Shown here: in pieces, positions 29,974 through 38,800 of the stretch
Numbering within the stretch: position 1 is the first letter of the stretch
Layout: each line of letters opens with the position of its first letter
From: Bacteroidota bacterium
GTDB taxonomy: Bacteria > Bacteroidota > Bacteroidia > Bacteroidales > JABHKC01
Assembly (NCBI GenBank): GCA_018692315.1
Contig: JABHKC010000098.1
Coordinates: forward strand, 6,572-70,571
DNA length: 64,000 nt
Reading direction: 5' to 3'
Notes under the pieces: model-generated
What the model was told of the DNA's origin: nothing
The model's input: only the letters and a program-made list of their open reading frames with translations
Databases searched by the model: none
Position numbers and translations under genes: made by a program

Positions 29974-30003
29974 GAGCTAAACAGAAAATAATATTTTATA
30001 AAA

Positions 30004-30036
30004 AGCCGGGAGGATTTTACTTCCGGCTTTTTTTTA
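30004..30036 (+). terminator. intrinsic terminator after actP (probably bidirectional)
   Basis: agccggga / ttccggct stem, followed by a T run on the + strand and preceded by aaaa. Confidence 0.7.
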
Positions 30037-30124
30037 TTCAAAATTTCCCCCTGAGAAGGCTGATGAACGCAGAAAAAATCAGCACCCAATTTCCAATTTC
30101 TAATTCCTTAACAAGAATATATTT

Positions 30125-32200
30125 TCAAAAATTATATCGAATCCCACCAATAATTAATCGTCCGGGAGACAATTTCCCTTTTCTATCTACAAATTCATTA
30201 TCAAAAATATTTTGAACATCGAAATAGATTTTATAATGCGTTTTTATTGTTTTTGATATTTTCAGATTTGTAATAAAATAATCTTCAATCAATATTGTAT
30301 TTTCGTCGTCGTACCATTGTTCGTCAACATAGTTGCAGTTGAAGATTGCTGTAAAGAATTTGCTTTTCCAATTTAAATCGGCATAAAATAAATGCGGCGA
30401 AACATCTATCATATACTTTCCATCCAGATTTTTGTCAAGATTCAATTCTGAAATTTCAAAATCTACAATTTTCGTATTATTGTATGAATAGTTGGCATTT
30501 ATTGAAATTGCCTTATTCACAAAATAGCTCAAACTAAACTCACCACCCAAAACCCTTATTTTTGCAACATTGTCTGATTGCAGCACTGGTTTTAAATCGG
30601 TTCCTCCGGTATCAATAGAATCTCCATTTCCTATCAAATATTGAAAATCTTCGCCGATAGAATAATAAACAGCAGTATTTACTTTTATCTTTTCCAGAAA
30701 AATATTAGAATACCCCAATTCAAAGGAGTTTAAAGTTTCAGGTTTCAAATTCGGATTTGCCAAGCGAAAACCTTTACGAATTTTGCCTGTCTGGCTTAAA
30801 TCTTTAAGTTTTGGCGGTTTAAATCCAGTTCCAAAAGATGTGTAAATTTTCGATTTTTTATTTAGAGAATATTGAAGTGCGATTTTCGGACTTAAAGCAT
30901 ACCATTCATTTTCTTTAAAAAGCTCAGTAAAACTTTCAGTGAATCCAGTAGTTTTTGTTGGTTCACTTACATTTTGGAAACCATCGTAGAACCTTACAAT
31001 GTCGTTTCTTAAACCTGCAATCAACTTTAATTTATCCGAAAAAAAGTTTATTTCATCCTGAATAAAAATTCCAAGAATATTCATTTTGCTATGAAAATCA
31101 ATTTTGTCGGGTGAAGTTCGATATATCTCATTTCCATCGACATCGCCCATTTTTAGTTCTAATCCTATTGTTACAAAATTCTTGTTCAACATTCGATTTG
31201 AATAAGTTGCCCAAAATCCTTTGTCGATTTTGTCAGTATAGGAATCAAGTAGTTTATACTCAGCATAATCGTTCAATGATTCTTTCTGCCCATAAAAATT
31301 TTCTTCGGTAAAATAAAAAACTGCATTTAAAATGGCTTTTCCAATTTTACCTGTATATTTCGATTTAATTTGATTCGTGATATAAGTTTCGTAGCTCCCG
31401 TCTTCAACAAAAACCTGCCTTCCTGCCCCCCGCTTTTCATCATAATAATCATAAACAATTTCTATACTATTCGATTTATTGAACATATATCCAAGTTTTG
31501 TCCCTCCGCCATATTCCTTCAAATATGTTTCGACATCGGTTTCGTCGAGAAGTTCTGGTGGCTCAAAAATGTAGCCGTCTCCCTGTTGGTAAAAACCATT
31601 AAAATCCCAATATAAACCCTTGCTTTCGCGTATTTCGCTGCCGGCTAAATTTATCGAACTTCCAAAAATATTATAAGTTCCGTAGAAGGTTTTTGCAGAA
31701 CCTTCGAGTCTTTTCTCCGGTTTTTTTGTAATAATATTGATAACCCCTCCTAAAGCATTGTTGCCGTATAATGCAGAAGCCGGGCCTTTGATTATCTCTA
31801 TTCTTTCGATTGTTTCGGGATTAATATTATGCCAATTTACAGAACCGCCGGCAATTTTATTTTTCGGAACATTATCTACCAAAACTAATGTTCTTGCACT
31901 ACTTTCCAATCCACGCATAGTTACAGCAGAATTTTTCGAAAATAAGCCCCAGCTACGATTTACATAAATATTTGCCGCCGATTTTAAAATATCATCAACA
32001 TTATTCATTGGAAAATTTTCAATTTCCTCAGATTTTATAAGGTCAACCAGAGCAGGAATATCTTCAATTTTCCTTTTGGTGCGGGAAGCAGAAATAACAA
32101 TTTCGTCAAGTTTTTGATTAATTATTAATGAATCTTTTTCCTGAGGAAAAACTACGGATACTGAAAATGTCAGAATTAAGAATATTAATACTTTTTTCAT
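30125..32200 (-). CDS. TonB-dependent receptor
   Basis: Signal peptide, plug region (DEIVISASRT, GPASALYGNNALGGVINI), 22-strand-size barrel, C-terminal ...IRYNF. Confidence 0.9.
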   Translation of the reverse strand: MKKVLIFLILTFSVSVVFPQEKDSLIINQKLDEIVISASRTKRKIEDIPALVDLIKSEEIENFPMNNVDDILKSAANIYVNRSWGLFSKNSAVTMRGLESSARTLVLVDNVPKNKIAGGSVNWHNINPETIERIEIIKGPASALYGNNALGGVINIITKKPEKRLEGSAKTFYGTYNIFGSSINLAGSEIRESKGLYWDFNGFYQQGDGYIFEPPELLDETDVETYLKEYGGGTKLGYMFNKSNSIEIVYDYYDEKRGAGRQVFVEDGSYETYITNQIKSKYTGKIGKAILNAVFYFTEENFYGQKESLNDYAEYKLLDSYTDKIDKGFWATYSNRMLNKNFVTIGLELKMGDVDGNEIYRTSPDKIDFHSKMNILGIFIQDEINFFSDKLKLIAGLRNDIVRFYDGFQNVSEPTKTTGFTESFTELFKENEWYALSPKIALQYSLNKKSKIYTSFGTGFKPPKLKDLSQTGKIRKGFRLANPNLKPETLNSFELGYSNIFLEKIKVNTAVYYSIGEDFQYLIGNGDSIDTGGTDLKPVLQSDNVAKIRVLGGEFSLSYFVNKAISINANYSYNNTKIVDFEISELNLDKNLDGKYMIDVSPHLFYADLNWKSKFFTAIFNCNYVDEQWYDDENTILIEDYFITNLKISKTIKTHYKIYFDVQNIFDNEFVDRKGKLSPGRLIIGGIRYNF

Positions 32201-32258
32201 TGGAAAGATTTTAGAAATTGAAAATTTGACAGTTCAATGTATATATTCAAATTTAGTT

Positions 32259-33179
32259 TCATAATTTTTGCATTTTTATTGAAATTTCAATTTCACCTTC
32301 TTCCAGACCAATAACTTCAATTACTTTGAAGAGTCCATTTTTCCCATCTTCTGTAACAAAAGAATAAATATCGTCTGAAGCAAGATTTTTGGCTTTTCTT
32401 TTTCCGGAGTCAAACTCAAAACTATTTGCAAGAATAAGGCTGTCGTTCTGGCATTTGTCAAATTCTTCGACTAAAATATTTTCAAATAAGATAAATCGTG
32501 TAGTATTATTTTCTGTCCAATTCGCTAAGCCTGTTTGCCCTGGGAAAACCGAATCGTCGATATTTGCTCCCGGAGAAGAAATTGTGTTAGCGTCAGCCTC
32601 TATCAAATCGTAAAAATAGAGGAGATTTATTAAACTTTGATTTTCGAATGCTAAACTTTGGGTATAAATCTGCTGGTCGAGTAACGAATAAAAACTTCCG
32701 TAATTATTATTATTTTGAGCACCAAAAACGATTGATGGTATTTGAGCTATTTCTCCAAAAATTGATGCCGAATCTTTATATAAATTAATAGAAATAATAT
32801 CAGACTTTCTGCCATTTCTGTCCTTCACATAAAACGACCAAGTTTCTATATCGGCAATTCCTTTTGTTAAAATTTTCTCATACTCAAATGTATTTGAATA
32901 AAATCCGGAATCGATTGTAGTAATTTGCGTATCCAAAATGATAGTTTTGTTGAAATGAGTCAATGCGTCCAAACTTTGAGTTTCAGCAATAATCCCAATC
33001 TTGACACTATCATTAATTAGCAAACTTGTATCATTTGAGCAATATCCGTTTTCAGATTTAAGCGAAATTGTTGGATTCGGATATTCTTCAATATCTTCGG
33101 CTGTTTCGCAAGATATTATGAAAAATATCCCTGTTATAAGAAACATAAATTTCGTTATGCTTGTGTTTACATATCGCAT
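32259..33179 (-). CDS. hypothetical lipoprotein co-transcribed with the TonB-dependent receptor
   Basis: Lipobox-like GIFFIISC; 58-bp gap to the receptor gene; no recognisable domain. Confidence 0.4.
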   Translation of the reverse strand: MRYVNTSITKFMFLITGIFFIISCETAEDIEEYPNPTISLKSENGYCSNDTSLLINDSVKIGIIAETQSLDALTHFNKTIILDTQITTIDSGFYSNTFEYEKILTKGIADIETWSFYVKDRNGRKSDIISINLYKDSASIFGEIAQIPSIVFGAQNNNNYGSFYSLLDQQIYTQSLAFENQSLINLLYFYDLIEADANTISSPGANIDDSVFPGQTGLANWTENNTTRFILFENILVEEFDKCQNDSLILANSFEFDSGKRKAKNLASDDIYSFVTEDGKNGLFKVIEVIGLEEGEIEISIKMQKL

Positions 33180-33264
33180 TGTACATGTATTTTAAATTAT
33201 AAATTATTAGTAATTAATCAGTGCACACAACATTAGTATAAACAGAAAATTCCGTTTATCTATT

Positions 33265-33351
33265 TAGTGTATCTAAGAAAACAGTTCAAAAATAGAAATC
33301 TCTTTAAAATAAATTATTTTATAAAAATTGCCTGTTTTCTTAGATACACTA
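33265..33351. repeat. perfect 20-bp inverted repeat with 47-bp spacer
   Basis: tagtgtatctaagaaaacag (33265-33284) / ctgttttcttagatacacta (33332-33351). Confidence 0.9.
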
Positions 33352-33539
33352 TTTATTATATTTTTTAATTCCTTTATCAATTATCATTTCTAATTTCATT
33401 TTTCAAATATAACTTTTTCATCAAAACTAAATCATCTTATCAAAACCCATTTTCATTTGTTATTGTTTTCGGGTTTCTGATAATGCCTTCTTTATAGTGC
33501 TTATTACATACGCAACTCCAAAGGTCTCAAAGAACTTTA

Positions 33540-33720
33540 CCATCAGAGGTACAGCTTAAACTTTCTTTTGCTTGATGAACCGCTAAGTACGAGACCCGTA
33601 CGCTTAGTGGTACTTCGGCAGGCTCAGCAGAGCTGTGAGAGGTGCACTGGTGGCTATTATGCCATCAGCCGCCTACTCGATTGTATGCTGGGCTTTATTC
33701 ATTTTCAGTCAGTTAATAAT
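33540..33720 (+). ncRNA. candidate structured RNA of unknown class (GC-rich hairpin cluster)
   Basis: Local GC is far above the surroundings; hairpins at 33580-33610 and 33647-33668 each contain a G-T pair that is a wobble only on the + strand; no match to any RNA family consensus I can recall. Confidence 0.25.
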
Positions 33721-33790
33721 TTATTTACATTCATATTTTTTTCAATCGAAGCACTAATGTTTCTTAAAAAAATAGTTTTTTCGGGTCGGT

Positions 33791-33879
33791 AAAAAAAGCG
33801 TTGGCGCAGCCATACTCATTGACAAGTTTTGGCGATTGCGGTGGGCTTTTCGAGCGACTTGGCAATGTGTATGGTTGCG
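33791..33879 (-). terminator. long imperfect hairpin plus U7 tract downstream of the island operon
   Basis: 33805-33827 pairs with 33857-33879 (about 20 of 23 positions); on the minus strand followed by ccaacgc-ttttttt (plus-strand A7 at 33791-33797). Confidence 0.4.
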
Positions 33880-33891
33880 AAGTGTTGGGGT

Positions 33892-35247
33892 CTATTCTCC
33901 ATTTATTTCAATTAGTTTATCATTAAAATTCAGACCATTGTAATCAAATACATTCGATAAGTCATTTGAAGGTTCTATTCCAAATCTTGTACACATTTCA
34001 ATGTAGCAATCTTTTATTGTATCAAACTGTTCAATGTCATTTGTTCTTACCCCATTATTATCAGTTCCAGAGACTTTACATTTACTGTAAATTGAAATCC
34101 TTTCAGGCTGACCATCTATTTCAAGTAAAACAATTTGTTCTGCAGATTTCATTCTTACAGAGAAATATGTACCATCAGGTTTGTTTAATACAAAATTCAT
34201 ATTCTTTTTACTCCTATGAAATAATCTACCTCTTTTGAGGTTATTTAAGTCCTTGGTGATTTTAATAAGACTGTTCAATTCGTCTCTAAAAAATGGTGCA
34301 TCTACATCATTGTGAGCAAGTGGATTAAGAAGCAAGTCTTTGTATGTCTTCAAATCTGTAAATGGTGTGAAATCAACATTTTCTTCGGTACAGAAAATTT
34401 TAAAAGCGTGGATAAAATCATTTAAGTTTTTGTCAAATAATTTTGTCTCACCATCAACAGTTTTTTCTTCCTTTTTTAATTTTACAGGCAATAGTTCACC
34501 TAACTTTCTTTCAATCTCTTTCCTTAAATATATACCACAAGCAGCATAATCGTGCTGAATTAAAAAATCTTGTGCTGTTTGAATATTGTTTGGAAAAGGT
34601 TTAAAGTAAGGTTTTGAAAAGTCACCTGTATCATCTTGATACATTTCAATGAAATTCCAAATGTTAGTTTTACTATTAAATCTTATTTTGCTTTTTGCTA
34701 ATTCATAAAATGATTTGTCGTGAGTCATAAGAACTAACTGGTAGTCATCAGAATATTTTCCTAATAACAAATTCAAAACGATATTCCTGTTTCGCATATC
34801 TAAACTCAATAGCATATCATCTATTACTAAGGCTTTTAAATCTGCATCATAAAGTTTATAATCTAAAATAGCAAATCTTAATGAAAGACCAATTGCAGAC
34901 CATTTTGCCTCGTTTAAAAATGTGTGTGGCTTTTTAATTTTCGGATTATTTATATCGTCATATTTTGTTAGAGAAAAAAGTATTTTATGATTATAAAAAG
35001 TAAATTCTTCTTCTTGTACTTCAAATTGTTTTTGCTTTAATTCAAGTTTGATTTTAAAGTTGTAATCAAATTCATCTTCGATTAACTCATTTGCTTTTGT
35101 TGTGATGTTTGATATAAAACTCTTTAGCCAATTATTCCAAGCCTTTACCTTCTGCTTGTATGTTATGTATTTCTTATAATCTCCCTTTTCTTCAATTGAT
35201 AGTGCGGTTCTTAAAGATGCTGTGGGAAAAACATCTTCACCGTGCAA
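33892..35247 (-). CDS. ABC-type (PrrC/RloC-like AAA_13-style) ATPase, C-terminal fragment: signature, Walker B, H-loop and an effector-like domain of about 260 aa
   Basis: LNEAKWSAIGLSL (signature-like), ALVIDDMLLSLD (Walker B/D-loop), LVLMTHD (H-loop). The TTG start is an ORF-caller artefact, because the frame stays open upstream to the A9 tract at 35311-35319. Confidence 0.7.
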   Translation of the reverse strand: MHGEDVFPTASLRTALSIEEKGDYKKYITYKQKVKAWNNWLKSFISNITTKANELIEDEFDYNFKIKLELKQKQFEVQEEEFTFYNHKILFSLTKYDDINNPKIKKPHTFLNEAKWSAIGLSLRFAILDYKLYDADLKALVIDDMLLSLDMRNRNIVLNLLLGKYSDDYQLVLMTHDKSFYELAKSKIRFNSKTNIWNFIEMYQDDTGDFSKPYFKPFPNNIQTAQDFLIQHDYAACGIYLRKEIERKLGELLPVKLKKEEKTVDGETKLFDKNLNDFIHAFKIFCTEENVDFTPFTDLKTYKDLLLNPLAHNDVDAPFFRDELNSLIKITKDLNNLKRGRLFHRSKKNMNFVLNKPDGTYFSVRMKSAEQIVLLEIDGQPERISIYSKCKVSGTDNNGVRTNDIEQFDTIKDCYIEMCTRFGIEPSNDLSNVFDYNGLNFNDKLIEINGE

Positions 35248-35251
35248 ATTT

Positions 35252-35803
35252 TTAATTCTTTCTGGTCCCTTTTTTAATTCTTCTAATTCTTTTAAACAGG
35301 GTGAAGCTCCTTTTTTTTACATATGGCAATACTTCTTCTTCAAACCAAAGCCAAAGGTCATTATCTTTTGAGTGTTTTAGGTTGTGCAACTGGAAAAGAA
35401 CACGATAGTTTATAAAATCGGTTGCCATACTGCTTTTTACTACATCGACATTATTGCGAATTGATAAATCTCTACTTTTTCTGGAAATCCGAAATGTTTT
35501 TGGATTATTGCCATCATCATCTTTTAAAACCACTTTAATAAATGAGTTATTCCTGGCTGACGATGCGTGAATATTTACAAGACTATCATTACCAGTTTTC
35601 TTAAAGTACTTCCTAATATCATCATCATCCTTTTTTAGGCTCGATTCAAGTAATGTGTATAAAGCCCAATAGATTGTTGATTTTCCACTTCCGTTTTCGC
35701 CATAAATTAGTAAATGGTTTCCATCAATTTTAAGCAAAGGGCTTGCTGGCTCAACTTCCGAAAAAAACTTAAAATCGTTAATATGTAATTCGTGCAACTT
35801 CAT
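35252..35803 (-). CDS. ABC-type ATPase, N-terminal fragment (Walker A), truncated by a frameshift in the A9 tract
   Basis: LLIYGENGSGKSTIYWAL Walker A. The last 17 residues (RSFTLFKRIRRIKKGTRKN) are out-of-frame read-through after the homopolymer. Confidence 0.7.
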   Translation of the reverse strand: MKLHELHINDFKFFSEVEPASPLLKIDGNHLLIYGENGSGKSTIYWALYTLLESSLKKDDDDIRKYFKKTGNDSLVNIHASSARNNSFIKVVLKDDDGNNPKTFRISRKSRDLSIRNNVDVVKSSMATDFINYRVLFQLHNLKHSKDNDLWLWFEEEVLPYVKKRSFTLFKRIRRIKKGTRKN

Positions 35804-35804
35804 A

Positions 35805-38800
35805 TTAATGGGTTGATTCGTTTATGCGTTTTATGATATTTGGGCTATTAACAGATGAAAGCAATATTCTATTCCTAATTGGATTATCCTTCTCCTTTAA
35901 TTTGTAATATTCACGTTGAATTACATCCCGCTTTTCTTCAAAGGTTTCTAATTGGTTTATGCCTTCAAAATCTACAAATTGCAATACGTCTATTTTGTTT
36001 TCTTTCATATGCTTTTCAAAATAGAGTTCGTAAACCATATAGTCAATTACTTCTTCAAATGTAGATGACAATATTTCATGTGAAATACTATTTAAGATTG
36101 ATTCTGAGCTTTTCTTTATGAATAAAATGTAGTCAACTATTACATTAAATATTTCCTCAATTTCAATACTTGGATATGGTACAAGCAAGGGTTCTAATGC
36201 CTGAACACTTATTATTTGGTCACCTGTACCAGTTTGTGGTGAAGTTTTTATTAATTGATAAAGACCAATCTTCGAATTTAACACCGCGGTTAAATATTTT
36301 ATTTTTTCTCCTGTTGCAATACAAGTACTATCTAAGCAGTATATTTCTTCATCAGAATATGCAAAACGCATAATAGAACCGATCCGTTTCCAAATTACTT
36401 TTTCTTTCTTAAATTCAGCAACAAAACCTATTGGGTCTTGTGTTTCAAACCATTTATTCCCTGATTTCTTTCTCGTTTTTTCTTTAACACCTTTATTATT
36501 GATAAATGTTTCACCTGTTTGATTTAATTTAGGTTGAAAACTTTCAAGATACCTTCTAACAGCTTTAAAATCTTCTATTTCAATATTTAGACTTGGGAAA
36601 GTGGCTATTACATAATCATTCTTCCAATCCACATGATATCCCTGTATTTCACGACCCTTTAAGATGGGTCTTATAATTTCATCAGAAGAATTATCTTCTG
36701 CAACTAATTCGTCACGTTTTGCCTGGTCAATAATAAAAGCCCCATTAAAACCTGTTAAGATTCCTCTGTAAATTTCCAAATTCCAATCCCGTAGAGGCTT
36801 TCCAAATTCTACCAAAGCTTTATTAATAATTAGCTCTTCTTCATTTAAAACTATCCAAGCCTCTTCATTCACATCACATAGGGGAATAAAATCTTCATTT
36901 CTTAACGAAGTAATATTATATCTATTTGCTATTTCAATCCCCTTTACTTTATTTTTAAATGAATTCTTTTCACCAATAAAAATATTGGTATCAACTGTTG
37001 CACTATGAAATATCCCTGGACCAAGAATTAAAATTTTCTTGGGATTTATTTTTGTAAAGTAGTTTCTTAATGCTTTACCATATCCACCACGCATCCATTT
37101 ATTAGAAGTGATAAATGTTAATACACCACCTGTTTGCAGCAGATTAATTCCTTTTTCATAGAAAAGGCAATAAATATCTCCAGTGCGAGCAAATGTCTCA
37201 AAGCCTTCATTTTGCAAAATGTCAGCTTGTTTTCCCATTTTTTGTAATTGGATGTAAGGTGGATTCCCAATAAAGATATCAAAGCCTCCTTTTTCGAACA
37301 CATCCATAAAAAACAGATGCCAAAGAAAATAAGGGCGTTCATCGGTTTGTTCAAAGTCTTTTAACTTTTTACGCGCATTCCCTTTATTGTCCAAAAGTTT
37401 CTGCCGCTCTTTAATTTCCTTTACTTCTCGGCTTTTGTCATTATATATTTCTCTTAGCTCCTCATTCAGGTTTTCAAGTTTTATATTCAGTTTTTCCTGG
37501 TAGGTTGCTATTTCGATAAGAAGACGGTTTTCCCAAAATTCCAGAGATTTATCAATATGGTCGAGAACAATCTTATCAATGGCTTTATGTATTTTGGTCT
37601 TTTCATCTTTGTCCTCTACTTTAAAATAATCTTTAATCAACTGCTTTATGTCGGTTCTATTTTCTTCCGAAAAACTGTAATCTGTTTTTGGTTCTTCAAA
37701 TAGTGTTGGATTTACATGCATAACATTTGGTTCTTCAAATAAAGCAGTTTCACTCAAATCAATGCCTTCAAAACTTTCAAGCAAACTATTGCCTTGCATT
37801 ATTTTATAGTCAAGATTAGGTAAGGGCTCTGGTTTGGTTTCATCCACTACCAATGCCAACCAAAAACGTAATTGGGCAATATCAACTGCACCCTTTTCAA
37901 TATCCACTCCGTAAATAGAATTTTGGATTATGGCTTTTTTAACCTTTGCAGGATTAAATTCCTTATTGGTTTTCAGGTAAGGATAAATAAACTTTTTTGC
38001 TTCGAATAGTTCGTGTAAAATTCCGATAGGAAAAGCACCTGAACCAATTGCCGGGTCGCAAATTTTTACCTCATTTAACTTTTGGTCGAGGGCTATGGCA
38101 TTGTCTCTTACACTAAAATAAGATGAAACGCTGTGGTTACGTATGAACCATTCAACGTCAGCCTCAACTGGGAAGTGGTTTTTCAAATACTGTATTGTGC
38201 TTTCTTTGCACATATACTGGACTACTTCTTTGGGTGTATAAAAAGCTCCTTTTTCACGGTTTTCTTCGAGTAAGTTTTCAAAAATATGACCGAGCATTTC
38301 AGGATCAATTCCTACTTCGTGGTCATCGGGGCTGTTTTCATCAATGGTAAAATTGTATTGTGCAAAAAACTCAAACAGTTCTGCAAAATACTTTACAGGA
38401 AAATCAACACTCAAAATTTCTTTGGGTTTATCGGCATCAAATAATCCTCCATTCAAATATGGCACACGAGAACCATTGAGAAAACCATTTAATCCTTTGA
38501 TTTCAAAAACATCGTTTTTTCGTTTGGTGTTTAGTGTGTTAAAGAATAGTTTTGTTAAACAATGGCTATGAAATTGTTTTTTGTCTTCAAACTTCTCAAA
38601 AAGCAATTGCATAAATTGTTTTTCGCCACCTTCCCATTTTTTTGTATTAGCAGGGCAAGCCATCCAACCTTTCTTTTGCAGAAAATGTAGGAAAACAATA
38701 CGACCGAGAAGTTTTTTAGCAAAGTCGCGAATTGGTTTCTCTTGTTTGTCAGGTTCATCCTTTGATGTATCCAAAAGTATAGCCCGATAACCAAATTCAT

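Noticed and set aside
30085-30110. Shared aatttccaattt 12-mer between 30085-30110 and 58770-58795 as a dispersed repeat
   Set aside because: The match is short and purely AT-rich, which fits chance or generic spacer composition. It is not supported by longer flanking similarity.
33540-33720. TPP or cobalamin riboswitch controlling the downstream (minus-strand) lipoprotein/TonB-receptor operon
   Set aside because: The minus strand has a ctgatggc-ataata-gccac hairpin that loosely resembles the TPP P5 hairpin, and a gagcctgcc that loosely resembles the end of a B12 box. The obligatory cores are absent: CUGAGA plus GGGGUGC/ACCC for TPP, and GGUGAAA, GGGAA and GCCACUG for cobalamin. The motif order is wrong, and the wobble pairs favour the plus strand.
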